Shown: positions 36,702 through 46,305 of the stretch, one piece after another | Position numbering within the stretch: position 1 is the stretch's first letter | How the letters are laid out: every line of letters starts with the position of its first letter | Virus record (IMG/VR): IMGVR_UViG_3300044713_000232 | Span: 11,632 to 75,631 of that record | DNA: 64,000 nt | Origin: a virus | Direction: 5' to 3' (one strand) | Translations under genes and position numbers: made by a program | The notes under the pieces: model-generated | Database searches by the model: none | Seen by the model: the letters and a program-made list of their open reading frames with translations, nothing else | Told to the model about the DNA's origin: nothing

Positions 36702-36992
36702 CTAGGCTGCCTTCGCAGCGCGCCTCGCGCGCCGTCGCGCGTTGATAGCGTCCTTGCGCCTAGCGTAGTACGCCGCACGCCACTGCTTGTACGCAGTCGT
36801 GCGCGAGAACTTGCGGAACGCGGCGCGGCGTGTCTCCATGGCTTTCTCGGGATTGAGGCGCTCCCACTCTCTGAGCCTAGCGATGCCTGCCGCGGTGCTG
36901 CGCCAGTTGAGCCCCGATGTGAGAATCTCGACAGAGGCCTTGCCAGAGGCCTCGGCGAAGAGCTCCGCGACGCCCTCGTGCAAGTCAATCAC
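36702..36992 (-). CDS. Basic hypothetical protein
   Basis: Coupled ORF in the replication operon. Confidence 0.55.
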   Translation of the reverse strand: MIDLHEGVAELFAEASGKASVEILTSGLNWRSTAAGIARLREWERLNPEKAMETRRAAFRKFSRTTAYKQWRAAYYARRKDAINARRRARRAAKAA

Positions 36993-37333
36993 GACACGCG
37001 CCTCACAGCGACGCCAAACTTTGTAGCTTGGCGCGTCATGTCGCGTGTGCCGGGGCCTCCGGGAAAGGCCACGACGAGCTCCGGGCGCCCTTCGACGAGC
37101 ATGCGCTGGTTACGCAGAGGGCCCGCCAGAGAGCCGTTGCGCGCCCAGTTGGCGGTGAAGACGCGCACCGGGATGTCTCTCTCGTGCGCCCACACGCGCG
37201 CCAGCTTATCGGCGCCACGAGCCCCGCCGTTGACGAGGAGGCTAAAAGCGTAACGCTTGTGTAGCTCATCGAGCAGCTCGAAGAGGCGCTCGCGGTCGGC
37301 GTAGTTACGACCGCCACAGACCAAGAGGCGCAT
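36989..37333 (-). CDS. DUF2493/YspA-like SLOG family protein
   Basis: MRLLVCGGRNY, GGARGAD, AGPLRNQRM, AFPGGPGT. Confidence 0.9.
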   Translation of the reverse strand: MRLLVCGGRNYADRERLFELLDELHKRYAFSLLVNGGARGADKLARVWAHERDIPVRVFTANWARNGSLAGPLRNQRMLVEGRPELVVAFPGGPGTRDMTRQATKFGVAVRRVS

Positions 37334-37605
37334 CACACGGCCTTTCGTTTGACTACACGGTACTCCCATAGCCCGGCGCGTCCGTGGCCACGACGACGCT
37401 TGTCGACGATGAACGCTCCGAAACGCGGTTTGCGCAGATGGCGCAGCTGCGCAGAGATAGAGGCTTGGGGGTACCCGAGCAAGTCCTCGATCTCTCCAAG
37501 TGTACGCCAACGGCCATCGAGCATCAGATGGCGTATACGAAAGTGTTGGTCGGTAAGACGCTCCTTATCGAGGGACGGACTGTAGTCGGGGCCGTTGAAC
37601 CGCAT
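37333..37605 (-). CDS. Winged-helix DNA-binding protein
   Basis: WRTLGEI...ASISAQLRHLRKPRFG...WEYR. Confidence 0.75.
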   Translation of the reverse strand: MRFNGPDYSPSLDKERLTDQHFRIRHLMLDGRWRTLGEIEDLLGYPQASISAQLRHLRKPRFGAFIVDKRRRGHGRAGLWEYRVVKRKAV

Positions 37606-37859
37606 CTATCAACCCTGCCCGCAGCGATCGTTGAGGCGCACGAAGCCGAGAGCGTGAAGCGCGGTGTGGAGCTCGCAGCCGTTGACGCGCATGAAGCGCT
37701 TCTCGCCAAGGTTCAAGACGAGCTCCCCGTCATCGGCGGCCATCGCGATACGAACTTCGCTGTTGTTGACCGTAGTCGGCACGACGATGGTGAGCGTGCT
37801 CTCCTTCGGTTTGTCGTGGTGATGACATCCGAGCATTCCGCGCCGCTTCGCCTTCGCCA

Positions 37860-38273
37860 TCAGTCCTTCCTCACTTCCTTGAGCCACGTGAGCGCCTCCT
37901 CGTGCGTTGCGAATTGCTTGTCGACGAGCTGTAAGAAGATGCTGCCCTTGACGTCGCCGCTGGCGATGATCTGACAACGCGGAGATGCGAGAGCGATACC
38001 TAACTCCACCCAAGCGCCCCTGCCTTTGCCGTCGGGCGGCACAATCAGCCAGACGATGTCCGACGACTGTACCGCGTTGACGTCTTCGTCGGCGTAGCGG
38101 CGCGCGTCTTGCGCCGTTAGCTGCCTATCAGTGACTCCGGCGGCTTCGTGTTCCTCGATGCTGAGAGTCCAGTCGAGCGTGAGGTGGTACCCGAGCTCAC
38201 TCACAGCGCGCATCATCCGGCGCGCTTGCTGCCACTCGACTGCTGCGCCAGCAATGTAGATGCGCCGTCTCAC
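37860..38273 (-). CDS. Nucleoside 2-deoxyribosyltransferase-like protein
   Basis: IYIAG...DVNAVQSSD...GAWVELGIA. Confidence 0.8.
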   Translation of the reverse strand: MRRRIYIAGAAVEWQQARRMMRAVSELGYHLTLDWTLSIEEHEAAGVTDRQLTAQDARRYADEDVNAVQSSDIVWLIVPPDGKGRGAWVELGIALASPRCQIIASGDVKGSIFLQLVDKQFATHEEALTWLKEVRKD

Positions 38274-38448
38274 GGTTTCACAGCCTCGCCCAGTACCTCG
38301 TCGCAATAGCGCTCGAACTGCTCCTCGGCGTGCTCGCGTGAGGCGTAGGGCCCGATCTCACCATCGTCTTCGGTGCGAAAGAACCACTCGCCGTTACGCT
38401 CGTACACTTCGGGATTGTCGTAGCGCGGCACTTCGCTGAAGCCGTCCA

Positions 38449-38670
38449 TCACACCCAGCTCTTCTTCTGCGCGAACCAGTAGTGAATCACGAGCTCGCCG
38501 TCGGTGCCTTCGGTGTAGACCTCGCTGTCGTCGTGTACGACAGACTTCGGAATCCACACCTCGGGATCATCCGAGACGTCCTCGAAGAACGGGGCCTCGA
38601 CGCGAATCGCGGCGCCTGTCTCGCCGACGCATACGGCGTCTGCGATGGTGAAAGTCTCGTCTGAAGGCAT
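38449..38670 (-). CDS. Small phage protein (WIPKS motif)
   Basis: ETGAAI...VWIPKS...WFA. Confidence 0.7.
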   Translation of the reverse strand: MPSDETFTIADAVCVGETGAAIRVEAPFFEDVSDDPEVWIPKSVVHDDSEVYTEGTDGELVIHYWFAQKKSWV

Positions 38671-38684
38671 CTCTCGAATTCCTC

Positions 38685-39095
38685 TTACAGACCGTAATCG
38701 TGGTGTATCTTCTTCAGGCGCCGTACCTCTTTAGAGATACTCGCGAACACATCACGTTGCGCTTGCGTATATCCTTTACCGCCGCGAACGTTCAACCGTC
38801 GTTTGATAACGTGAAGCTTCAACGCCAAACGTGCCTGATCACGTCGCTCGACAAGGTACGGCAGCACGTCTGTCAAGAACGCGGCGGCTTTCTGCCCGGT
38901 AATCTCCCACCTGACACCTGGCCTGCTACGGCTAGCGTCAGACCACCGAGCTAGTACGACGCGGCCTCCCCACCGCGCGGCAAACTTATCCAACAGCCCG
39001 GGTTTGAAGCACCCACTAATCACAACACGGACGTTGCGTGCGATATGGACACACCCTTCACCGTCGAAAAAGCCTGCCGCGTAGTGGAGATTCAC
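38685..39095 (-). CDS. LAGLIDADG homing endonuclease
   Basis: YAAGFFDGEGCV, FLTDVLPYLVERRDQA. Confidence 0.88.
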   Translation of the reverse strand: MNLHYAAGFFDGEGCVHIARNVRVVISGCFKPGLLDKFAARWGGRVVLARWSDASRSRPGVRWEITGQKAAAFLTDVLPYLVERRDQARLALKLHVIKRRLNVRGGKGYTQAQRDVFASISKEVRRLKKIHHDYGL

Positions 39096-39104
39096 TCGCC
39101 TAAC

Positions 39105-39701
39105 CTAGCGGCGCGCCGTCTTACCCTTCGCGCCCGCCTTGCCAGCGGGCTTCCTGTTGTGGCGCTCCTCCGGCTCTTCCTCCGTCGTCTCCGCCGCCAG
39201 CGTCACCGCGCCACGGGGCGCCGTGTAGTTGACGTTGGTGCGCATCTCACCGCTGCTCTTGTCCTCGCGCTGAGACACCCACACCGTCGCGCCCTGGCCC
39301 TTCGCCTCCTTGATGAAGTCGAGGAAGTCGGCCTTGCTCTCGAGGCGCGCCGGGATGATGTCGGGGTCGATCTGGAGAAGCTCGCAGAGCTGAGCGTACT
39401 TGACCTTCCCCATCCGCCCGCGCCGGTCACCGGCGGGGAAGAAGACGAGGAAGTCGGTGACGCTAGCGCCGACGCTCTTCTCCTGCGCGTCGCCGCCGTC
39501 GAGGGCTTCGGTCAGCTGCCACTCGAGGACGAGCATCGGCATCTCGTCCTTGCTTGTCTTGCTGACCTTCACCTCTTCGAGGGTGGCGTTGTACTGCCCG
39601 ACGGCCGCGTCGGGCTCGATGTTCCGATCGAAGTCGATCGGCTTGAAGTCGTAGGCCCCCTTGCCGTTGGGGCGCGACTCTTCTCGCTGAGTCTGAGCCA
39701 T
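39105..39701 (-). CDS. SSB-like protein (DUF669-like)
   Basis: GQYNATLEEVKVSKTSK..MPML pattern; adjacent to the AAA_24 ATPase; charged tail. Confidence 0.65.
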   Translation of the reverse strand: MAQTQREESRPNGKGAYDFKPIDFDRNIEPDAAVGQYNATLEEVKVSKTSKDEMPMLVLEWQLTEALDGGDAQEKSVGASVTDFLVFFPAGDRRGRMGKVKYAQLCELLQIDPDIIPARLESKADFLDFIKEAKGQGATVWVSQREDKSSGEMRTNVNYTAPRGAVTLAAETTEEEPEERHNRKPAGKAGAKGKTARR

Positions 39702-39725
39702 GATGTGCTTCCCTTTCCTTTTGCT

Positions 39726-40535
39726 TTACCGGTTTGAAACGAATCGTCGCCCCGGCGCCGGTGCGGCGACGGTTCTCTTGGGCGCAGGGCTGCCGTTAGC
39801 AACGGCTGTACTGTCGCCAGGAGTCTTGAGGTCTTTGCCTCGATTCTTGAACGCCTTCAAGAGCTGATTGATGTCGGCGGGGAGAATCTTCGTACCGTCG
39901 ATGTTGCGACAGCCGGGGCCCCACCTGCCCTCGGGGCCAGTGACGATGATGCGCTCCTTTTGACGCATCTCCATCCACACGACGTCGTTGAACTTCGCCG
40001 CCACGAGCGCGCGCGCTTTGCCTGCAAGCAACGGCACGATGCCTTCGCCGGTCTTCGCCGTCTGCCCGTCGATCTCGCCGCCGGTCTCGATGTAGTGGCT
40101 GATGACAACGACGTGGCACGGAAGCATGAAGAGCTTCTCGACGAAGTGCCGAAGGCGCTTGTTGTACTCGGGGTACGCGCGCCTGCCGTCTTCGCCGTTG
40201 CCGTTGTTGGTGGCGGCGAGACACTCCTCTTCGAGGTGTGCGGCGAAGTCGCTCATCGGGTCCACGACGAGCGTCTTGATCTTGCCGTCAGCCGCGAGCT
40301 TCTTAGCGTCGAGCAACGCCTGCGACATAGAGTTCCACCCCTTGATACGGTCGAACTCGAAGTCGGGGTACACCTCACGCGCATAGAGCAGCGCGTCGTC
40401 GCCTTCGCAGTTGAGCACGTACACGGGGCGCGGAGACGTCGTCACCGCGCACGCGGTCTTGCCGCACTTCGGGGCCCCCATGACCAGGAGACGCAGATAG
40501 TTCGTTTTGTCCAGCGCACTAGCCGGAATCGGCAT
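39726..40535 (-). CDS. AAA_24/Sak4-like ATPase
   Basis: Walker A GAPKCGKT, Walker B TLVVD, HVVVISH. Confidence 0.85.
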   Translation of the reverse strand: MPIPASALDKTNYLRLLVMGAPKCGKTACAVTTSPRPVYVLNCEGDDALLYAREVYPDFEFDRIKGWNSMSQALLDAKKLAADGKIKTLVVDPMSDFAAHLEEECLAATNNGNGEDGRRAYPEYNKRLRHFVEKLFMLPCHVVVISHYIETGGEIDGQTAKTGEGIVPLLAGKARALVAAKFNDVVWMEMRQKERIIVTGPEGRWGPGCRNIDGTKILPADINQLLKAFKNRGKDLKTPGDSTAVANGSPAPKRTVAAPAPGRRFVSNR

Positions 40536-40674
40536 TGAGTTCCCTCTTCCTTCCCTACGATGCACAAGGACGCTTCGGCGTTTCAGGGCGGAAGCATCGC
40601 CGTCGCGCGCCACTCGGCGCCGCCGGTTCAGACTACGTAAGCCCCGGGGCGCGTTGGCGCAAGTGCCTACCCTG

Positions 40675-40712
40675 AAAAAACTACGGCCCCCGGGGTGAAG
40701 TGCCGGGGGCCG
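40675..40712 (-). terminator. Rho-independent terminator
   Basis: Stem cggcccccgg/ccgggggccg (40684-40712) followed on the minus strand by TAGTTTTTT. Confidence 0.75.
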
Positions 40713-40811
40713 GAGCCTTGTGCAGGTTGGGAAGCTCGGGGGGAACCGTGCTTACGAGAGACACTGTAGCAGCTGACGCGGGGGGCGCCAGCAAGGCGTC
40801 GGGAGCGCCTT

Positions 40812-41456
40812 TCAGGTGGCGCATACCCAACGGGGCAAGCCCCCCAGATAATCAGCTCCGATGACGTCGAAGTCAATGCTCACGCCCGCCACCGTCTCAC
40901 TCGGTAGAAGCTGCGTCATACAGTACCCCCTTCTCTCGACGTTAGGCACGTCTGATTGGCTCTTCCAGTAACGGCTCAGATTCAGCTTCTCGAACAGAGC
41001 CGTGCCGTCGAGCCCGCAAGCGGCGCCTACATAGATGCCGGTGTCGTACCCGGCGGCGCGCACGCTTTGGTTCCAGGCGTTGCAATAGGCGATGACTGTC
41101 TCCGCGGGCGCCGCACTGGACACCCCTTCGAGATCCAACCAGACCGTCGTGCCGGCCCCCAGGCCCGCGCCCACGGCGTGCGTAGCGGCGACGCCACCAT
41201 CGGCGGTGCCCTGCGCCATCGACGGCAGCCAGCCGGGGTAGCGCACGTGCTGGACCGCCATCAGGGCGAGCCCGGCGTTGAGGATTGCCTGCGTCTCGGC
41301 GAGGTCGAGGTCGCCTGGTGACTCAGTGGCGCCGAGGCTGAGATAGCGAATCACGAACTTCAGCTCGGCGGCTTTCAGAGCGGCGGCGCTGGCGCTTGAC
41401 AACTTCGTGTCACAATCACACCCTAACGCTCCAACGTATGCCTGGCGGACGATCAT
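40812..41456 (-). CDS. DUF1906/GH25-like glycoside hydrolase (endolysin candidate)
   Basis: FVIRYL, VWLDLEG, GYDTGIYVG, SIDFD. Confidence 0.85.
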   Translation of the reverse strand: MIVRQAYVGALGCDCDTKLSSASAAALKAAELKFVIRYLSLGATESPGDLDLAETQAILNAGLALMAVQHVRYPGWLPSMAQGTADGGVAATHAVGAGLGAGTTVWLDLEGVSSAAPAETVIAYCNAWNQSVRAAGYDTGIYVGAACGLDGTALFEKLNLSRYWKSQSDVPNVERRGYCMTQLLPSETVAGVSIDFDVIGADYLGGLPRWVCAT

Positions 41457-41947
41457 ATGACGCCAACCCTTCTTTCAAGCACGGTCATGCGTGCCGTGGA
41501 GGGCACACACCTACGTACGAAACTTGGTCCGGTATGATTGCTAGATGCACTCGGCCTACACACTCTAGGTTCGCCGACTACGGAGGTCGCGGCATCAAAG
41601 TTTGCAGTAGATGGCTCTCTTTCGAGAACTTCCTCACCGACATGGGCGAGCGCCCTGACGGCCGCACGCTCGATCGTATCGACAACGACGGTGATTACCG
41701 TAAAGAGAATTGCCGTTGGGCAACGCCTCAAGAGCAGCAGGAGCATAGACGCCGCCGCGAAGACGCCCGTACACTTACGGTCAACGGTGTAACGCGTACG
41801 CTCGCTGAATGGGCACGCCTGACCGGCATAGGGCAAGAGACACTCGCCTACCGGCTCAAAAACGGATGGCCGTCGGAATACGCTCTCGACACTACGAAGT
41901 ACCACAAGAACAGACCCCCACCTTGGAAGAACCATACCATGTGCTAA
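41438..41947 (+). CDS. HNH homing endonuclease
   Basis: KHGH, WSGMIARC, YGGRGIKVCSRW, LDRIDNDGDYRKENCRWAT. Confidence 0.9.
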   Translation: MPGGRSYDANPSFKHGHACRGGHTPTYETWSGMIARCTRPTHSRFADYGGRGIKVCSRWLSFENFLTDMGERPDGRTLDRIDNDGDYRKENCRWATPQEQQEHRRRREDARTLTVNGVTRTLAEWARLTGIGQETLAYRLKNGWPSEYALDTTKYHKNRPPPWKNHTMC

Positions 41948-41959
41948 AACTACGCCAAG

Positions 41960-42424
41960 GTGACCTTCAGCGTAGCTCAACTACAGGGTCTCGCGGCCAG
42001 CGTCGGGTTCCCGGCGTCGGCGGTACCGACGGCAGCCGCTGTTGCGATGGCGGAGTCGGGGGGCAATCCGAGCGCCGTGGGAGATCTCAACATCACCCCC
42101 GGGGGCAGCGAAGGCCTCTGGCAGGTAAACCTCCACGCGCACCCCTCGTACGACCCGACGAAGCTGTTCGACCCCGTCTACAACGCGAAAGCGGCACTCG
42201 CCATCAGCTCCGGGGGCTCGAATTGGCACCCGTGGAGCACGTTCAACTCGGGGGCGTACCAGAAGTACCTCCAGCCCTACGGCCCGTCGCCGTTCCCGTC
42301 ACCGTCAGCGGTGCAACAGGCACCGTGGCTTCTCGCGACGGTGCTCGTAGCCGGCGCCATCGGTGCGGCGTGGTTGATTCACAACCCGCAGGCAATGAGG
42401 CGGCTCGTGAGGCGCTTCGCGTGA
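41960..42424 (+). CDS. Lytic transglycosylase (SLT-like) with C-terminal TM anchor
   Basis: AMAESGG, GLWQVN, NAKAA, WHPWST; TM plus RRLVRR tail. Confidence 0.88.
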   Translation: MTFSVAQLQGLAASVGFPASAVPTAAAVAMAESGGNPSAVGDLNITPGGSEGLWQVNLHAHPSYDPTKLFDPVYNAKAALAISSGGSNWHPWSTFNSGAYQKYLQPYGPSPFPSPSAVQQAPWLLATVLVAGAIGAAWLIHNPQAMRRLVRRFA

Positions 42425-42469
42425 GACACCCTCTGGCGTGGCTAGTGACTGGCGCGTTGGCGCTGTACG

Positions 42470-44220
42470 CTATCGGGATGGCGGCGGCGTGCTTGGCGCA
42501 GCCTTAGCGCGGGTAGCCGGGCTCACTTCCCACCCCGTCGTCGATGCGTGCGATGGCGGCGCGGGCCCGACACGCGGCGCAGACATCGCACGGCTGTTCG
42601 CGGTGTCCATGAGGCCGACACGTCGACCTAGCTCCTCGATGCGCTCTCGCAGGCTGAGTTTCATGTCAATCCTCCACGGGCTTTGCATACTCGAGCCGGC
42701 GTTTTGGCGGCGCGCCACTCCTCGGCCAGCTTCGCGCGGAGGGCAGCGATCTCTCTGGTGGCCTCGTGCAGATCGGCGCGTACGTCATTCAGCAGTCCCG
42801 TTGCCTCGTCTCTTTGCCTATGAGCCCTACGGACCTCCTGCCTTCATACGTAAGGCACCAGTCCCGCAATCGCCACCACCCCAGCGCTTCCGCCGGCAAG
42901 CCGATGGCTATCTTCCACCACGGCACCAACAACCCGACCTCTTCGTACGTGATGCGGTGCGCTAGCGTACCCTCGACGAGCCCGTCTGTTCCGGATCGCA
43001 TTCGACGCATGTGCACACCTCTTTAGGTACCAACCCGTGGTTCACACCTCGCGGCGAGTTGCAAGGACAACCATCGGCGATGCGCATGTTGTCGCCCCAA
43101 AGCGGAGCACCGCAACCACGACATCGGAATGACGGCGTGGACGAGGTAGAGAAGCACGCCTACGACGATGAGGACGAGGTTCTAGGTCCACGAGTGATCG
43201 AGCACGCGGACGTCCTTCAGCTTTCGGCGTGTGACGATCTCCTCCGCCTCGAATCGAGACGCAAAACGCCACGCCATTGGATCGTTGAACGTTACCCACC
43301 GTATGCAAGCCCCGTCATGGGCGAGGCAGAGCAGCACGTCCGTACGCTCGATGAGCCATGCCTGCATGCTCGCCTCCTCGCCTTGGATTCTGTTGACTCA
43401 AAAGCACATCCGGACCCGAGCAACACCATGTCGGTGCACACGGCGTGAGCGGGGGCTCCCGCGGGGCCCCATCCGGAAGCGTCTCCACCACGATGAACGC
43501 CACGCACTGAGAGGGGTCCGCATCCGTGGAATACGCGCTTGGGGCGCTTGGGGGCACCGCCGCGGGTGACCGGCGCACCAGCTCCGTTCGTGGCGTCATG
43601 ACGGCTTATTCAACGCCTCTTGGCGCCGCGTTTGGAGATACGCCTTCGCGCGCTTGATGGCGCTCTCGAACTGCGCCTTGTGGCAGTCTTCGTCAGCAGC
43701 GACGCAACAGAAGCGGCAGCCCTCGACGGCGGTCAGCGCCGCGAGCAGCTGCTTCAACACTTCGACGGCGCGCGTGTCTTCAGCCATTGCGCCTCCTGCG
43801 AATCTCTTCCTCGAGCGCCTTGAAACTGGTGCATGGACCGAACTGCTGACCGGTACCCTCAGCGCAGCTGGCGTAGTAGTGCCAATAGCCTCCGGCGTCG
43901 TAGGCAAAGGCTGTGAAGCTGTGGCCTCCGAGCGTGAAGTGGCGCTTGAAGTCGAGCGGTGTCAGCATCCGGGTCCTTTCAAGAGGGCATCAGCCAACGC
44001 GTCGAGCTCCGCCACCGTCTCGGCGGAAGCGCCATCGGGGCTTAGCGCCAGCGGTGTGCGCAGTCCACCGGGACAGTGCAAAGCGTCTACTTCCTTACCG
44101 CACTCGTGGCATATGCCCCCGCGGGGCTTGCCCGCCACGATATCCCATCCGTGCGAGCAAGACTTTTCCTCGCCGTGGTAGAAGCGCTTCAAGCAATCAG
44201 TGCAAACCATGAAGCGCTTA
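42470..44220 (-). other. Cluster of short phage hypothetical ORFs
   Basis: Several overlapping 60-90 aa ORFs (for example 42789-43016, 43182-43367, 43780-43968) with no recognisable domains. Confidence 0.45.
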
Positions 44221-44221
44221 G

Positions 44222-44767
44222 CTAACATCCCAGCACCCTGCAAGCCGGCTTGTAGTCCACCGACTTGATGTCGCCGTCGGGTAGAACAACCGTGCCGATG
44301 TCCTCGCGCATAAAGCTTTCCACGTCCTCGTTGTGCTTCAAGCCCCACATGTGCCCCAACTCGTGAATCGCAGTCGCGCGCAGACGCTTCGTAGATACGA
44401 TGTCGATGACGCCCGTTTCGGTGTGACAGAGCCCCACGAGCACGTTGCCGTTGGGGGCGAAGCCGAGCTCCCCCATCGTGTACTTACGGAAGTGAATGAG
44501 GCTCCAGCGAGGCTCCTCTTCAATCATCACGAGGTGCCCGTTGGCGGCCTTCTCCCACGCGGCGACGCCGTCGCGAATGTCGTGGCGCTCCTCGGCGGTG
44601 AAGCTCGCGTCGATGCTGTAGCCCGCCTTGTGGTTGGCGCGGAAGCCGATGTCGCCCGCCGGGTGGAAACAGGAGATGCACGAAAGCAACGTCACACTCG
44701 TTACCAGCATCGCCAACGCTCCTCCTGCCTTCGCCATCTGCTCCAACTTACTGCTTGTGCTGCCCAT
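44222..44767 (-). CDS. Matrixin-like (metzincin) metallopeptidase, probably exported
   Basis: HELGHMWGLKH plus Met-turn SFM; hydrophobic N-terminus with Cys. Confidence 0.85.
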   Translation of the reverse strand: MGSTSSKLEQMAKAGGALAMLVTSVTLLSCISCFHPAGDIGFRANHKAGYSIDASFTAEERHDIRDGVAAWEKAANGHLVMIEEEPRWSLIHFRKYTMGELGFAPNGNVLVGLCHTETGVIDIVSTKRLRATAIHELGHMWGLKHNEDVESFMREDIGTVVLPDGDIKSVDYKPACRVLGC

Positions 44768-44781
44768 CCACTAGAGTAGCG

Positions 44782-45882
44782 CTATGGCGCTAAGACGCAC
44801 TCACCCCCGTTGGGGCCCAGGATGTCGCTGCGCCAGTTCTGCTGAATCAGCCACCAATCCCCGGGCGCGAGCTCCACGTTGCCGTAGGAGCCCCCGTAAG
44901 GACCGGGGAGGTACACCACCGGGTCGAAGCGCCACTCACACTTATCAGCGGATTCCACATAGCCGTTGATGACGTCTTGCCAGGCGGGGTTGATGGTAGG
45001 GTCGGGGTCGTCGATGGCTTCCGCCAACTCGTGGGCGAGAGCGTTCGCCATACCGTCACCGGCCCAATCGACGCTGTGCGGGGCCGCCATCGCGCCGTAG
45101 CCGGCGGCCGTGGATTGGACGGTGCAGCCTACCAGACAGCTGTAGTCGACGACGCCGCCGTCAAACGGATCAGGCAATGGTTCGTAGTCGGGCACATACG
45201 CATACCTCACCGGCGCCGCGCCAACGGCGGGGACGAAGCTGTCGTGGTATGCACAGAAGTAGTTGCACGCGTTGATGCTGTCGTACTTCACCTCGTTAGA
45301 GGTGAGCACCACGTAGACGGCGTTGTTGTCTTGTGGTACCGCCCCGGCGTCGATGGCGTCAGTGACGATCTGCATCACGCGGTCGCTGGAGACATTATAG
45401 TCAACGCCGCTGTCGTCTGGCTCCAACGCCGAGACGTTGACGCTAGCAGCCAGCAGCATCCGTGTTGCCGGCACCGTGCGGGGACCGCCGTCCCAGGGGT
45501 CCGTCTCCATGTTGCTCTCGATGGCGAGCCACGGGGAAGCCGACAGCTCTTGAATCAGACGTGTGATGAGAGACTGCCTCTCGGCGGCGTCGTGCCAGGC
45601 GCCGTACCAGAGGAGGTACACATCGACGGGGTCTTGCAGCACGGGTCCGCCGAGGTACTGCATCGGACCTAGCGTCGGTGGCTCGAGGTCGAAGGGGGGT
45701 GCATCGTACGCACCGGCGTCGGGGAAGAGAGGCGCGTCGTTGGAGATGCCACCGTCGGATGCTTCTACGCCAGCGTCAGTGGCGCTGCCCCAACCTGCCT
45801 TCGAGGCGCCACAGGCGGTCAGTAGCAGCACCGCCGCTACGACAGCGGCGCCGAGCGCTAGACATGCTTCTCGTCGAGACAT
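44782..45882 (-). CDS. Phi-1/EXORDIUM-like lipoprotein (HExxE)
   Basis: Lipobox LTAC, DAG-rich linker, YLGGPVL, VYLLWYG, FCAYH, HELAEAIDDP, ESADKC, LIQQNW. Confidence 0.8.
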   Translation of the reverse strand: MSRREACLALGAAVVAAVLLLTACGASKAGWGSATDAGVEASDGGISNDAPLFPDAGAYDAPPFDLEPPTLGPMQYLGGPVLQDPVDVYLLWYGAWHDAAERQSLITRLIQELSASPWLAIESNMETDPWDGGPRTVPATRMLLAASVNVSALEPDDSGVDYNVSSDRVMQIVTDAIDAGAVPQDNNAVYVVLTSNEVKYDSINACNYFCAYHDSFVPAVGAAPVRYAYVPDYEPLPDPFDGGVVDYSCLVGCTVQSTAAGYGAMAAPHSVDWAGDGMANALAHELAEAIDDPDPTINPAWQDVINGYVESADKCEWRFDPVVYLPGPYGGSYGNVELAPGDWWLIQQNWRSDILGPNGGECVLAP

Positions 45883-46305
45883 CACTTCACTCCTTACCGA
45901 GCCAACGTGACAGATGCGCGTGAAGCGCACCGGCTTGCGCCTCGTCGAGTTGCAGTTCGCCGATGCGGAACGTCTTGAAAGCTTCGGGGACTCCGGTGTC
46001 GGGGCAATATACGTAGGCGTCGCTGGGCCCCAGCGCGAGGCGCTTATCGTCAACGGTGTAGATAGCGCCCCAGGTGGCGCGGTATCCAGATTCGTTGAAT
46101 GTGCTCACGGCCGCGCCTCGTCATCATCGCTTGGCGGGGCGAATGCCCAGAGTAGACATCCGAACACCCCTACCGCCAGAAAGAAACCGTCGAAGAACGC
46201 GAACCACGGGTGCCCGGCGGCGGTGTCCCTGCGCGCTTCGATGAGACACACCAGCGCGCTGAAGACACCCGGCACGATCCACAACGGACGCTTCACGGCT
46301 TTCAT

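Noticed and set aside
38685-39095. LAGLIDADG gene as part of an intron or intein
   Set aside because: It has its own start and stop between two complete genes, with no split host gene or intein termini.
39726-40535. ATPase as the genome-packaging motor
   Set aside because: Its motifs and position next to the SSB-like gene fit the AAA_24/Sak4 recombination family, not FtsK/A32 or terminase.
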